Source: Rhynchopus sp. YZ270_cl-10
Lineage: Eukaryota
Assembly: GCA_964035575.1 (NCBI GenBank)
Contig: OZ037847.1
Location: 1,054,001-1,118,000, forward strand
Direction: 5' to 3'
Length of the DNA stretch: 64,000 nucleotides
Positions within the stretch are counted from its first letter, which is position 1. The number at the start of each line of letters is the position of its first letter. The notes beneath the pieces were generated by a model. It made no database searches. It was not told the DNA's origin and saw only the letters and a program-made list of their open reading frames with translations. Position numbers and translations under genes: made by a program. This document shows, in pieces, positions 12,687 through 24,694 of the stretch.

Positions 12687-13327
12687 CAAAGGTTCTCTCT
12701 GTTTTTTGGTTTTGTCATTAAAGGCCTCGGACCAGAGTTAATATCACCACTATTCGTTGAGGTGAATGATATCGGCACATCTCACCTACTGGTTGATTGT
12801 CGATAGTACCGAGGGAAAGTGCTGGTTACATAAGGAGCGACTACACTATTCCTCTACGTTAAAAAAAAAGAGAGAAAAAAAGAGTTCAACTTTATCTTTC
12901 TTGTGAAGCGTTATAGAGCTTCTTGTGGAAGATAACAGAGATAAGACAGAACGAGAGAGACCCCCCTTTGTGTCTGGCAATCCCCTTTCACATCCGTTTT
13001 ATTTTTATTTTCTTTTAGGTGACTGGGCAAGCAAAGGAAGCCTTTTGATTTGCAGCAAAAGATGTGTTGTGCATGAGAGCGCGCGTTCATCCTGCAAAAA
13101 GGTTTTCGTTCTTTTGCTTATCTTAACTTACCTTCACCCCCCCTTATGTTTTTGCCCAAGACATTCCTCCAATTTTTGCCAATTTTTTATTTTTTCATAT
13201 TCCGTTTCGTTTCGTTTGTCCCCCTATTCTTTATGTTATTCTATGGGAAAAGAATGTGTGATATATGGGCAGGAGCAACTTGCAACGTGCTTTTCGTTAC
13301 AAGGTTCTTCTACCAACAGTTTTGTAG

Positions 13328-13366
13328 AAGGTGACTAAGCACAGAGAGAGGCTTAGGATCATCTTA
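13328..13366 (+). repeat. Hairpin family A copy
   Basis: aaggtgactaagcacagagagaggcttaggatcatctta. Confidence 0.85.
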
Positions 13367-15592
13367 CAATTTTTTTTCTTTTTTATCTGCCTTTGGCTTT
13401 GTTCTATCACAGCCAAATCGCAAATTTTGTGGGTGCGCATAATACGGTCGCATGCTTCCCCCCCTCTTAGCGACTAAGCACTGCTCAGGTTCTTCCACTT
13501 TTCTCCTTTTTGTGTGCATGAGAGGCACGTGTCATCGTTTTCTTATGTTTTTTTTTTTTTTCCGTTTCTATTATTGCGAAAGAGGGGAGGTAGGCACTGT
13601 CTCTTGCATTGTCATAGCTTCATTTTATTGAAGCTCGTGGATTGTGAATATTTTAAGTCAAATGTCGTGGTCAGTGTATCCTATATGGGGTGTTTATGGG
13701 GATCATTTTTATTGATTCCTCCTATATGCTATCAATTTATTGATTGCATCTGTTGAAATACTTCATGGGATATTCCATAAAAGACATATGAGTTCGTCTC
13801 TCCTCTCATTCTGCTGGCAACTGAGGTGTTTGTTGGTAGCCGTGTGTATGCCAATGAAGTGCGCTCTGTGGTTCGACAACCCAGTGTGGAGAAGCAGTGT
13901 CCTGTTGTACCCTTTTTTGCACTTTCGAAAAATTTTCTTTGTAACAAAGCGGGTGTTTGTGTAGTTTCGAACATCGTTGTGTTGCAACATACAAAATACA
14001 CTCAGGTTTATTAGGAAACGTTGTCCGCAAATTTTTCTTCAGGAACGGACAATGTCCTTGAGTGTTGTCCTCAAAAATCTCTCTCATTGGAGAATATAAT
14101 AGGTATCGATGTGTTCCCCATCAATCTTATTAGGGATTATGAGGAAAATTTTGCTCTTTTTTTTTGTCCACATATTTCATATTTTTCTCTCTTTTGCATA
14201 TGTCTGGTGTCCCTACTACACAGTATGGGCAACCTGGCGACACCTCCCCTTCCCCTTCCCATCCACCTCTCCTTTTATTCTTTTTTTCTGAAATCCAACA
14301 TTTGTTATGGATTAGGGTGTTACAAAAAGGTATATGGCGACAACTCATATTCGGCGTGTCATTATTGTGTTCTTTTTTTGTGCCGATATTTGAGACGTTT
14401 GCAGTACACTTTCAACTCTGTGGGTGTTACGTACACGCAAGGCTTAAATTCATTACAAACGATTCTTTGGTTCAAAAGGCTTGACTCAGCACTGTGACTC
14501 ACAAACCTTTCGTTATTTTCTACCCCCCTCTCGCTTCGTTTCTGTTCTCCTGAATTGAAATAAAATTCTGTTTCCCACCAGACCCGCGATAATCGCGATA
14601 AAACGTGGAGAGTGGGAGCAAGTAGACCGTGCGTGCTGTGTTCTGTCAACGGCATGCTTTTATACACATCTTGTGAGGGGGGTGATGCGAAGGGTCGTCG
14701 CTAGCTAGAACTGTGTCCAGCTTTCAGAGGTGTTTGTATTGAATTGGGGTTGAACGATGCATGTGCCCCGTTTTGCAGATTTTTCTTTTTATTTGCTATC
14801 AATTGATTGCATATGTTGAAATACTTTTTATTTGTTACAAACCGGACACTGCCGGTGTTTTTTTGAGAGTCAAGTTAGCGTACAAATTTTAAAAAAGAAA
14901 GAAACCATTGCAAAAAAGAATTGATGGACCGTTATGTCATTTTTGTGTCCACATACCTTTGCACTTTATTTTATTTTTACGTTGCACAGCATAGATCCTT
15001 CCCTTTTTACGTTTATTGTCCAAACCACCTTTCTCAAATTTTTGTACGAATGGTTTTACCTTTTTTTTTTGGTGACTCCAACACTGTAAGTCTTTTATCT
15101 TACAAACTTTTATTTAATTCTTTTCTTTCTCTCTCTCTTTTTTTTTATACACATTTTTCCAAAATCGTGTCAGACCAGAGTTTCCTAATGTCTCATCTCC
15201 GCACACTTAGGGCGAAGTGTGCCGTCTGTAAGTATCCAAGCCTTTCAGCACAGAACCTGCCTTTCCGGCGGTTTGTCGTTACAACAACGAAAAATTATAC
15301 GGACCAAAAAGAGACCACACAGCTTTCTCCTTTTTTGTAGCTAACGATTTTTTTTTTGTCAAAGGGTAAACGAAACACACACACACAGACATTGATTTCC
15401 CTTTTTGGGTCAAATTACCTTCCATTCTTTGAAGATGGGGTGTTGTCCTTGAGACAACGCTCTTTCAATTCCCTCTTAATCTTTTATGACACGAAAAAAA
15501 AAAAATGGGTATTTTCTCCCCCAATAAATTCGACCGAGGAGTTTCCCTTAGTTCATAGTATAGGAACTATCGCCCCCAGACAGCGTGGGAGC

Positions 15593-15660
15593 CCATTGGA
15601 ATACGCAAAAATACATCAAAATACACGTGTATTTTGATGTATTTTTGCGTATTCCAATGG
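15593..15660. repeat. Perfect 68-bp palindrome
   Basis: ccattggaatacgcaaaaatacatcaaaatacac is immediately followed by its exact reverse complement. Confidence 0.95.
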
Positions 15661-16419
15661 ACTCTTGTCACAATACTGCCACCATTACCCCTTATATTTT
15701 TTTTTTTTGCGTTCATCTTAATTGTGAACCCACATAACCGCACAACACAAACGTTCTCTTCTTTACACTAAGAGGAACAGCAGAAGGGGTTGGCTGTTCT
15801 CTTAATTTATCTTTCATTTTTTTTTGCCTCCCCCTTCTCGCAAACTGTCTGAATAGCAGGAAAATGCCGCGATTTCCCCGAGAGATGGCGGTATCATTTT
15901 CCTTTGCGAAACAAGACAAACACACTTTATTTCTTGGGTAACAATTTGTTACGGAGGGGGTGAGGCTTGGGATCATCTTACAAAAAAATATTATTTTTTT
16001 CCCTCTATTTTGTTTCATCAAACACGTCTTATGAGATTGGTAGAGTACCGATCACACAAGATCTTTATTTTTCTTTTTCTCTTCTTTCCAGCAATATTTA
16101 TTACCAAGAAACCTGTCTCTGATATAGGCCTGCCCAAAGAGCAAAGAGAAGAAAGTGGAGATTGCCGTATGGCACAAAGAGGTAGCTTCACTACTCTAAT
16201 AGGCAGGGCTGGAGGTGTGTCTAATTATCCGATCTCAAGGCTGGAGGGAATGGGATTTGGGATTTTGAAGAAAAACATTATTTTACCCTAGGTAAAAAAA
16301 AAACCCTTTAGTGAACGTTCTGTCAAAAAAACTTTTTCTGAAACAAAAGAATGACAGTTTATGTGTTGATTATATGATTCTCTGTTTTTTTTTTGTTTGT
16401 GTTCCGTTTATCTCCTTTC

Positions 16420-16467
16420 GGTGCCTGCGTCTGCTGATGAACGATGAGGTGTTTGCACTTTCAACTT
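16420..16467 (+). repeat. Hairpin family C copy
   Basis: ggtgcctgcgtctgctgatgaacgatgaggtgtttgcactttcaact. Confidence 0.85.
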
Positions 16468-16899
16468 CTCTTTTTTTTTTACCTTTTTTTAATGTTCTAT
16501 ACACGAGCATATTTTTCTTTTCTCCCCCCTCCCCAACATTCTGTTCACAACACTCTTTTTCCCCCTTCAAGTGAACCCCCTGTTGGACTACACCTCCGTG
16601 ACATCGAGGTGTTTGCTCCTGCAACTTCACGTTTCATTTATTACTTACAAAGCTTGCTGTGTACACAAAAACCATATCTTCAAAAAACAAATTTTTCAAG
16701 TTGTCTGAGTACAGTTGGACATCATCTTACCGACCCTTTCTTGTATTGCTGTTTCCTCTCTTTATCTGTATTTTTTTTTTTTGTTCTTTTTGTTCTCTCG
16801 CGAAGTCGTTGGAATAGCTCCACATACGACAAAAGGATATTTTGGGTTCAAAGGTGGTGTGCATTTTATGGATGCTGGTATTTCTTTTCCGTTATTTCT

Positions 16900-16937
16900 T
16901 AAGGTGACTAAAGCACGAGAGGCTGAGGTTCATCTTA
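16900..16937 (+). repeat. Hairpin family A copy
   Basis: taaggtgactaaagcacgagaggctgaggttcatctta. Confidence 0.85.
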
Positions 16938-17262
16938 TAAACTTTTCTCTCTCTATCTGTATCCTGTTTGATCCTTGTCACGGTCTGTTTTGGCTTCAAT
17001 ACTTTAGGTATGGAAACCAGACCAAGGTGGGGGGGTTAACAAAAAAGTCTCTTTATTCCTCAAACAAACATAAATATACCCAGTGCACGATTGTCTACAG
17101 CCTTTCGTGTGCACCCTATGTAGGGGTACGTTATTGTTTGTTTGTCGGTTCCCCCTTTTCCACACAGTGTATTAAGAAACTAGGCAAGAAAGCCAACGTT
17201 CAGATATAACAGTATTTCCCCTTTGAATTCCCTTTCACCTTGCGCCAAAGGAGAGTTTTACC

Positions 17263-18226
17263 CGGACGTGGGGTGAAATAATGGCTTTTTTCGATTTTGA
17301 AATAATGCATAAGAAAATTTTATTTTTTCGCGCGCGCTTCGCGCGCGTGCCTCCCTGCCGGAACTAGGGGTGAGAGGCTCTTGCTCCTGCGAATGTTCGA
17401 ATTCGAGGGGCAACATCCGAGACTGATCAGGGATATTGCTAACTTTCGAGATTTTGGGATTTCGTGGGGCGATGGTCGAAAAAAGGGGGGGAGTGCTGAC
17501 GCTAAGGCCGGCTGGCCGGTCATATAAAAAAACTTTTTTTGACCTTTTTTTTTTTTTCAGTCGAGCTCGGGCGCGCGAAGCGCGCCCGGGTCCCCACCTG
17601 AGCTCAAGTTGGGGGTCTCCGGCGGAATGTAAGAATTCCGTGGTTGTCCAACTGCGGAGTCGGCACTTCACTGATCTTTACACCAGGCAGACGGGGCACA
17701 CGAAATATCAGTAACTTCAGTACATTTACAAAAGAAACGGCGGTCATGGCACCCAGGTTCCTGGCGAAGCCACGGTACGCAACATTTCTAAAATTTGCGC
17801 TTAAAATTGCTCATTTTTACTGCCAAACTCTGTCATGGGAAGGGTGGGTTGCAAGTTTGCGCCGCAGGCGCACGGTGCGCTACTTTTTGTCTTTCGCCAT
17901 GCTGCATGCTTCCTTTTCCTTCGGCGCTTGACCAATTGAGTCGCGTTCTGGCTGTGACGGGGTCACGTTGTTCACGAGGCGAGAGACTCGTGTGAAGTAC
18001 CAACGGTACGGGACTTTTTTTTTTTGGACTTTCGCCCCCCCTTTTTTCCCCCCCTTATTTGGACTTTCCGAGCCAATTGCGGGACATGGTGGGGTCACTT
18101 CGGAGAAATGGACTAATTTTTAGTTTTGGTAAATTTCCCGCTACTACTTTTAAACAGAGAAAATTTTCTTATAAAATTTTCTTATAGAATTTGTGAAATA
18201 ATACTTCACACTTAGCGCCAGGTCCG
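17263..18226. mobile_element. Non-autonomous DNA transposon (MITE-like), about 960 bp
   Basis: Imperfect TIR CGGACGTGG / CCAGGTCCG. Flanking direct repeat gttttacc(c) at 17255 and 18227; the TSD/TIR boundary is ambiguous. Contains GC-rich mini-hairpins and a segment shared with the 40535-41334 element. Confidence 0.65.
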
Positions 18227-20901
18227 GTTTTACCCCTATTTGGCTGGTTCAACGAAAAAAAAAACACTGTTATTTTTATTGTTATAAAGATCAGTTGGTG
18301 GATGATGTTGTCTAGTTTTTTTTAAAAATACAAACGAGAAAAAAATGGCGCTTTTTAGGTTGAACAGAAAGAACTAAAAGCAAAAGTTGAGTTGACATTT
18401 TTTTACCGATGAACGGTATAATTTACTTCACTCTTTTTAGAGGCACATTCATCTTACCAGTTTTCTTTCTTTTTTTTTTTTTTTGCCCCGCGGTGAACAG
18501 GTATAGAGGCACTTCGTCCTAATTCATATTTTTAAAGGTGGTTAAGTACCGTGAGGCAGACAACCAAAAGATTGATGAATAGCCATACATTCAGACTCAG
18601 AAAACTGTGAGGCTTAGGGTCATCTAACAAACGTTCTTTAGTATTCAAATACACAACAAAAAAACCGATATTGCAGTCTCAAAAGAGATGTAGCGTTGCA
18701 TCTTTCAACATTTAAACGTAAAAAAAAAGGAGTAACTTTTATGACACTCTCGTACTTTTAGTTTCAATTGAAAGTATGTGAATTAATCTTTCGTGTTTTT
18801 TTTGAATGTTTTTTTTTGTGTGGTGAACAGATGATGTGAGAAGAAGGGCAATAGTATTATTGTACACCTCTGTTCCCCAGTTCGATGGAACAACCAAGAA
18901 TTCGATCCCCCCCTTCTGCTTGTCTTGCTATTGGCAATCTGGGATTATTCCATACATAGTGAGAAGACTGTCATGGCAGTTTGCAGAGAAGAAAAACCAG
19001 ATTAATGGTGTGATTTTGCCGTAAATTAGGTGTAAATTGGGTTCTTCTAGGGTCTACCCTATAGCCCCATATAGGTCACACCAGATTAGCAAAACAAAAA
19101 GTCTATTCAAGAATACTCTACCCAAAAAAAAATCCCCTCCCCTGCATGAAGAACTAGAAAGATCCATTCCCATCGAGGGGTCAATATTTCTATGTTTTTT
19201 TTTTTAAAGTCTCTTCCCCAAGTGATATAGACGAGACTCTGCCCTCTTCAGGTTCAGTGTCAAATCTTTTTGGAATGTATGTGCACGAAGGCACAGTTTT
19301 GTTTGTATTCCTTTTGACAAAAGGGGATATTTTAATAACACAAAATGAAAGCGAGAAAAAAAGTTCTGAGTTTGTGCGTCTGAGTATATTGAGTGTATAT
19401 TGGCGGTGATTCCTATTGTTTATGTCTTTGTCTGTTTCATCTCGGGGGGGAGGGGGTTCTTTCAAGGTGACTGATACATGGTGGACTCTTTCTGGAAAAA
19501 GGCAACTTAAAAAGAGGTCGAACGGGAGGGAGTTGATACTCCCTTTTTCTTGGAACTCCGGAATAAAGTTGCCCTTTCCCAGAAAGACTGTGTACCACTG
19601 TGTAAGCATGCGAGGCTTAGGTTATCCTTACAGAGGCCTCCCTCTTTCTCTTCCTCTCTCAACCAAACCCATCCTATTGCGTATGGTGCGCACCTCCCCC
19701 CAACCAGATTGTCAAAAAAAAACCTTCAGTATTTTTTCGAGGTAAACTCCAGTGTTAATAATGTTTTTTAAAAAGGTGACTATCCGGAAAGCTGAAATAA
19801 TCTTGCCAACCCTAGATGAATGTGCACGAGGCACATTCATTTCCACATTATTTTTTTTTTTACCGGTACGAAGTCAGTAGGTTTCCTTTTTTACATCTAC
19901 TGTTGTAGGCCGGGTACTTTGTGCTGTTCTCCGGATGGCTGACATCGTACGTGGGTCAGTCGGAGGTGCCTGCATCAAACAACTACAGTTTTTTTAAAAA
20001 GGTGATTAAACACTTCATGTATCCAGTGTCCGGTCGTTTGTACGTCAAATTTCTCTTTTTTGTATTAAGTTGACAAAGCATTGTGAGGCTTGACGTTCAT
20101 CTCAGATGGGTTTATTTATTATTTTTCAGTGGGAGAAAAGAAAATGTGTCTTGTGTCTGTGTGTGTGGTCACTGCGAAGTATGTTCGTCTTTCAATGTTA
20201 TTTTATTTCCCCCCCCCCCCCCCCGTCTCCCTCTCTCTGTCTCTCTCGAAAAACCCCTCTTTATTTATGGCAAAAAAACCCCCCCAATATTCCCCCCCTC
20301 TTCACAGCAGATATTGTATCAGAAAGACAAAGGGGGAGATTGTATTTCAAAATGTCATATCTGTAAACGGGGCGTCCTATTTCTGTTTAACCAAAAGCAA
20401 ATACTAAACGAAGGAAAGAAAAAAAACAATGCATGGAGGACCCCTCTCTATTGCAATCCCAAAAAAGAAAAAAAATTTAGTTTTGTTATCACCCAAAAGG
20501 GGGTATTTTTTCTCCCCCTTTTTGGGATATTTATTCAAAACAAACAAAAAAAAACCCCCTCCCAATCACCCCCTCTCTCTCTCTCTCCGTCTCCACATTA
20601 GAAGAAAAAAAAAAAAGATACAACTTTGCTTGTTCCTTCCTCTAAGTAGGACCCTTTTCTTCATCACCCACTACCATATTTACCCTATTCCAGAACTACA
20701 CAAAAAGGGAGAAAAAAATTGACTATTTTCTTTCAACTTTCCTATTTTTTCTCATCCCCCCGCCTACTCTGTTATACCGAAAGCAAAAGAAAATAGTGGA
20801 GTTCATCCTCGGGTGTCTGCACTAAATACAAAACCAAGCTTTCAAATAAAACACTTTAGCACCATACATCGTAGCGCTCATCTCGCTTTGATTAAAAAAA
20901 A

Positions 20902-21969
20902 ATGCCTCTTGAAGGAGAGGAAGAGGCGATGCTTCGAGAGGCAGTTGAATTCGATGCGATGTTGTCTTCTGTTGATGAGCACTTGGATAAATGCATTTTA
21001 GAGGTTCATGGGGAGCGAGGACTTGACCCTGCGAAGCAGGCGGAGGAGATCTTTCGCGAATACAATGCTAGACGGGAGAAGGTACGGAGTTTGGAGCACG
21101 ACATCCTTCACAACAAGGAGGCCACACGGGTCAGCCGGAACACCACGGCAGCTCTGCGGGAGAAGGTGAAGATGGTGCAAGCAGAGCACTCCTGCCTCCT
21201 CCTCGAGGTCCACGCGCTGGAAACAGAACGCAACGCCATCCTCCGCAGCGTCGACCCCGCCATCGCCGAACGCAACGCCCGAGACGCTCTCCAAGAGGAA
21301 CTCCTCCGCCTCAAACGCCAGAACCTCCAATACCCCAAAATCCTCGCCGCACTTCAAAGCGAGACCGTTCGTCTCGAAGAGGAAATCGCCTCAATTGTCG
21401 CAAAAGAGCAGGTCTTCATCGCAATGCTAAAAGAACGCTGTGTCGCAACCGGGCAAGAACTGCACCAACGGCTAGCAACAGAAGAGGAATGGGGGGAACT
21501 TCGTCTGGTGGTTTCGGAGCAGGAGGATGAGATCAACAGTTTGAAGATGCGTATTATTGCGAAGGGGGGGACGGTGCCGGAGTTTAGTACAATGGAGCGT
21601 CAGCGGTATGAGGCAACGAAGGTGCAGAAGGAGAAGGCGGGGCATGTGAAGAAGTACTTTGCCGTGCCGACAGGAACGTTGCGCCACCTTGCAACGATTC
21701 AAGGCCATGGCATCCAAGGGACACGTGCCAAACATGATGTGCAGATAGAGGTAGACCTTGGAGAAGCATGGGCAGGCAATGTCATCAGCATAGCAGGCCC
21801 CGCTAGTGCAGTGCGTGCGTCTCAAGAGGAAATAGCCCGTCTCTGTGAAAATGTGCTCAAGCCAGCCTCAGATGCGCTCGTCGCATACCCGCGTCCGAAC
21901 AACCGAGCTGCGCCAATCGCAACACCATGGGCAAAAATGCAGCGCCAACGGGCAGAAATAGATCGCTAA
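20902..21969 (+). CDS. Coiled-coil protein with a C-terminal KH-like domain
   Basis: E/R/L-rich heptads, then KKYFAVPTGTLRHLATIQGHGIQGTRAKHDVQIEV...VISIAGPASAVRASQEEIARL, which follows type I KH spacing. Confidence 0.7.
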   Translation: MPLEGEEEAMLREAVEFDAMLSSVDEHLDKCILEVHGERGLDPAKQAEEIFREYNARREKVRSLEHDILHNKEATRVSRNTTAALREKVKMVQAEHSCLLLEVHALETERNAILRSVDPAIAERNARDALQEELLRLKRQNLQYPKILAALQSETVRLEEEIASIVAKEQVFIAMLKERCVATGQELHQRLATEEEWGELRLVVSEQEDEINSLKMRIIAKGGTVPEFSTMERQRYEATKVQKEKAGHVKKYFAVPTGTLRHLATIQGHGIQGTRAKHDVQIEVDLGEAWAGNVISIAGPASAVRASQEEIARLCENVLKPASDALVAYPRPNNRAAPIATPWAKMQRQRAEIDR

Positions 21970-22088
21970 GATTTTAGAACGTTATTTAGAGAATTAGAGT
22001 AAAAAAGGCATTCCAGCTTCGTTACCATATACCCTCTTTCGCCTCTCTGGGTCCACATTATCATTTCCAGAAAATACACAAAAGAACA

Positions 22089-22568
22089 ATGGCAGAACGC
22101 ACTGAATTGGAGGAGCTGCGGAGACAGCAGGACCTTCTGCAGGAGCGGATCTACGCTGCTGAGGCGCGGATCAGGGAGAGCCAGTCCCCGGCACGTTCGG
22201 AGCAGCCGACGTGCGGAGGGTACACGGTTGGGCAGAGGGTGGTGGAGGATGAGATGCAGGCCAGAGAGGTAGGCTTCGACCCCTCCCCTAGGCGTGGGGT
22301 ATACGAACGGCAGCAGGTGTCGCCTGAGCACTCTGTCGTGTCCGACTTCACGGGGCGGGTCATCTGCGCGTCCCTTTCCCCAGGGGTCTCCACTGCACCA
22401 ATCCTCACCCCAAATCAGTCCACCACCCAAGTCAACGAACGTCGACCCACCCAAACCCGCTCCGGCCTCTGGGACAAAGGTGGTGCCAAAGGGGAAACAT
22501 CGCCTCCACGCAGCACACTGCGTCCCTCCCCATACACACAACGTCCAGTACCCCCGCCTTTCAGTTGA
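22089..22568 (+). CDS. Hypothetical protein (159 aa)
   Basis: ATG-initiated GC-rich ORF with a short N-terminal coiled coil, on the same strand as its neighbours. Confidence 0.6.
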   Translation: MAERTELEELRRQQDLLQERIYAAEARIRESQSPARSEQPTCGGYTVGQRVVEDEMQAREVGFDPSPRRGVYERQQVSPEHSVVSDFTGRVICASLSPGVSTAPILTPNQSTTQVNERRPTQTRSGLWDKGGAKGETSPPRSTLRPSPYTQRPVPPPFS

Positions 22569-22601
22569 AGACGGTCATAAGACCATTTTTTTTCGTTCTT
22601 T

Positions 22602-22836
22602 CAGTGCGCTGCGTCCGCCTATGAATGATAAAGCGTTTGCACTTTCAACTTCTCTTTTTTTTTTCCCCCCCGCGGAGAACCATTGCCTACGTCCGCCGAT
22701 GAAACGGTGAGGCGTTTTGCACTTCCAATTGCACTTCTCTTCCTTTTTTCTCGAGACTAAACATGAATGCGGAGGTTCATCTCACCAACGCTTTTGTTTT
22801 GTCAGTGCACTGTCCCGGCGTTTGCACTATCAACTT
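22602..22836 (+). repeat. Cluster of three family C hairpins and one A-like hairpin
   Basis: agtgcgctgcgtccgcctatgaatgataaagcgtttgcactttcaact (22602), ttgcctacgtccgccgatgaaacggtgaggcgttttgcactt (22683), gactaaacatgaatgcggaggttcatctc (22755) and cagtgcactgtcccggcgtttgcactatcaact (22803). Confidence 0.8.
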
Positions 22837-22992
22837 CATTTTTTTTTTATCTCCCCCTCCCCTCTCCTCTCTCCCCTGTACCTAGCCATATATTGTATAC
22901 TATGCGAATTTTTTGTTTTTATTTTTGTTTGCTGACCTACCATCACCTCTTCTTCCTCTCTCCAGGGTTTAAATTTCGGGTGGGTAAAAAAA

Positions 22993-24414
22993 ATGTCCGT
23001 CGATCAACTTAGAGAGGATCTTGCGGAGTGTGCGGTGTTGTTGCGGCAGGCGAAGGGGGAGAGGGTGAGGGGGGTGCTGGATCGCGAGAGGGCTGCTATT
23101 GTGCGTGAGATTAATGCGGTGGAGGAGAAGGAGCGGGCGGCGGAGGTTGCGCGAGTGAAGAAGGAGGAGGCGGCGTCTGAGAAGCCTGCTGCGGCAGGGG
23201 CGGTGAAGCCGCTGAAGGATTTCCGTAGTTACTCATGGGAGCAGACGCCCAAGACTTTGAAGATCCGTGCAACATACCCCGCAGGCATGAAGCCCGCAGA
23301 CGGCACTGCAGTCTGGAAGGGCAACCAAGACAACATCATCGTGACCTTCGACTGCGCCACAGCAACCCTCCGCCTCCTCATCGAAAACCTCGAAAAGCCA
23401 ATCAACGCCGACAAAGTGACATTCAAATACAAAAGCGACTACGTCCTCATCTCGCTCCCAAAGCAAACTGAGGGGAACTGGATTAACCTCAAAACCAAAG
23501 ACCTCGGGCAAAGTAACCTCGGGAAGACGGGGGTATGCCAATTTTTTTCTTTCTTTGTAGAGATGTTGGTTTTTATGGGCATATTAAAGGGGTCGACCTA
23601 TAGGCAGTTGACGGCAGGGGTCGATTTAGGAAGTCTTGTCATGAGCCCAAAATCTGGGGGTGGAGCGGGTTCGGCAACGCGGGCAGGCTCAGTTGGTGCC
23701 GGCGGAGTGTTGGGGCCCTCTTCCTCTTCCTCTTCTTCCCTCTTACCTCCATTTGCAACCTGGCTATTACCCCCACCTTGTCCCACGTGACCTCACAAAT
23801 TCCGGGTTTTCAGAATGTGTGCGGTGTCTAACCCGGGCCGCCTTGGCGGCCGGCTTGCGGGGGCCACCTTCCCGCATCCTCACCGCCCTCACCAGGCTGC
23901 AGCGGGCCTCGTGCCGCCGGAGGTTGCCGGGGGAGCCCCAGGGCTCCCCGCGGCTGTTCTGGGTGTGGTTCCACCCAAGGCAAGTGAGGAGAGGTGGTGT
24001 CAATGGCAGATCTGTCTCTGTGTACATCCCTCCTCTCAATAAATTACTCCCATTGTGCGTGGGGTGGCTATTTGGGCGGTTTTAGTTCTGTCATTTTTGA
24101 TTGTGCGGGCTTTTAAAAAAGGTGAAAACGACAGAACAACAGTCTTCACTGTAATAAAAACCCTTCTCTCTTCTTGTTTATATAGTATAGTTGGTACGCT
24201 GCCCTCATCATACGCCCAGGACCCTTGATGCTTACTCTTCATCCTGCAAAAAAAAATCTTTTCTTTTTTCACGACAACCCAACCACAGGACGACCCAACG
24301 AAGGACATCATGAGCATGATGAAGAACATGTACAACGACGGGGATGACGACATGAAGGCTGCCATCGGCAAGGCCATGGCCGAGAGCCGCGCCAAGGGTG
24401 GGGCGGGATTCTGA
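22993..24414 (+). CDS. CACYBP: Calcyclin-binding protein / Siah-interacting protein (CS + SGS domains); exons 22993..23532, 24289..24414 (221 aa)
   Basis: N-terminal helical hairpin (LREDLAEC...RERVRGVL) and CS domain (YSWEQTPKTLKI...VLISLPKQTEGNW). Intron gtatgc...ccacag joins the SGS motif DPTKDIMSMMKNMYNDGDDDMKAAIGKAMAESR. Confidence 0.9.
23580..24080 (-). mobile_element. Possible retroelement relic inside the CACYBP intron
   Basis: GC-rich, coding-like insert antisense to all genes. Broken frames include a zinc-finger-like LTCLGWN...WGSPGNLRRHEARC. Confidence 0.3.
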
Positions 24415-24694
24415 TCTTAGAAACCACATTTTTCTTTGCAGGATGTGCATTCATCTGAGGCACGTCCATCTTTGAACCATTCCTTTTTTGTTTTTTTTTC
24501 CTTTCAATAATTCATTGCATATGGTGTCTCAAAGCCACTCCCTAGGTGTCTGCACTGACCTTTCACGGCAAGAGCACACCACCACCTCCCTATCCGTCTT
24601 CACCATTCTCAAGAGGGGAAGACATAGTTTAAGATACAACGCCCCTACCATTTGTTTGTACTGACACCACCCTCACTATCACACCCTCAGCACG

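Noticed and set aside
16420..16467. Family C as box C/D snoRNA or hammerhead (ctgatga)
   Set aside because: CTGATGA occurs in this copy only. There is no consistent D box or hammerhead GAAA core across copies.
12014..20722. F/K-rich ORFs in AT-rich intergenic DNA
   Set aside because: They are translations of poly-T/poly-A tracts, mostly with non-ATG starts.
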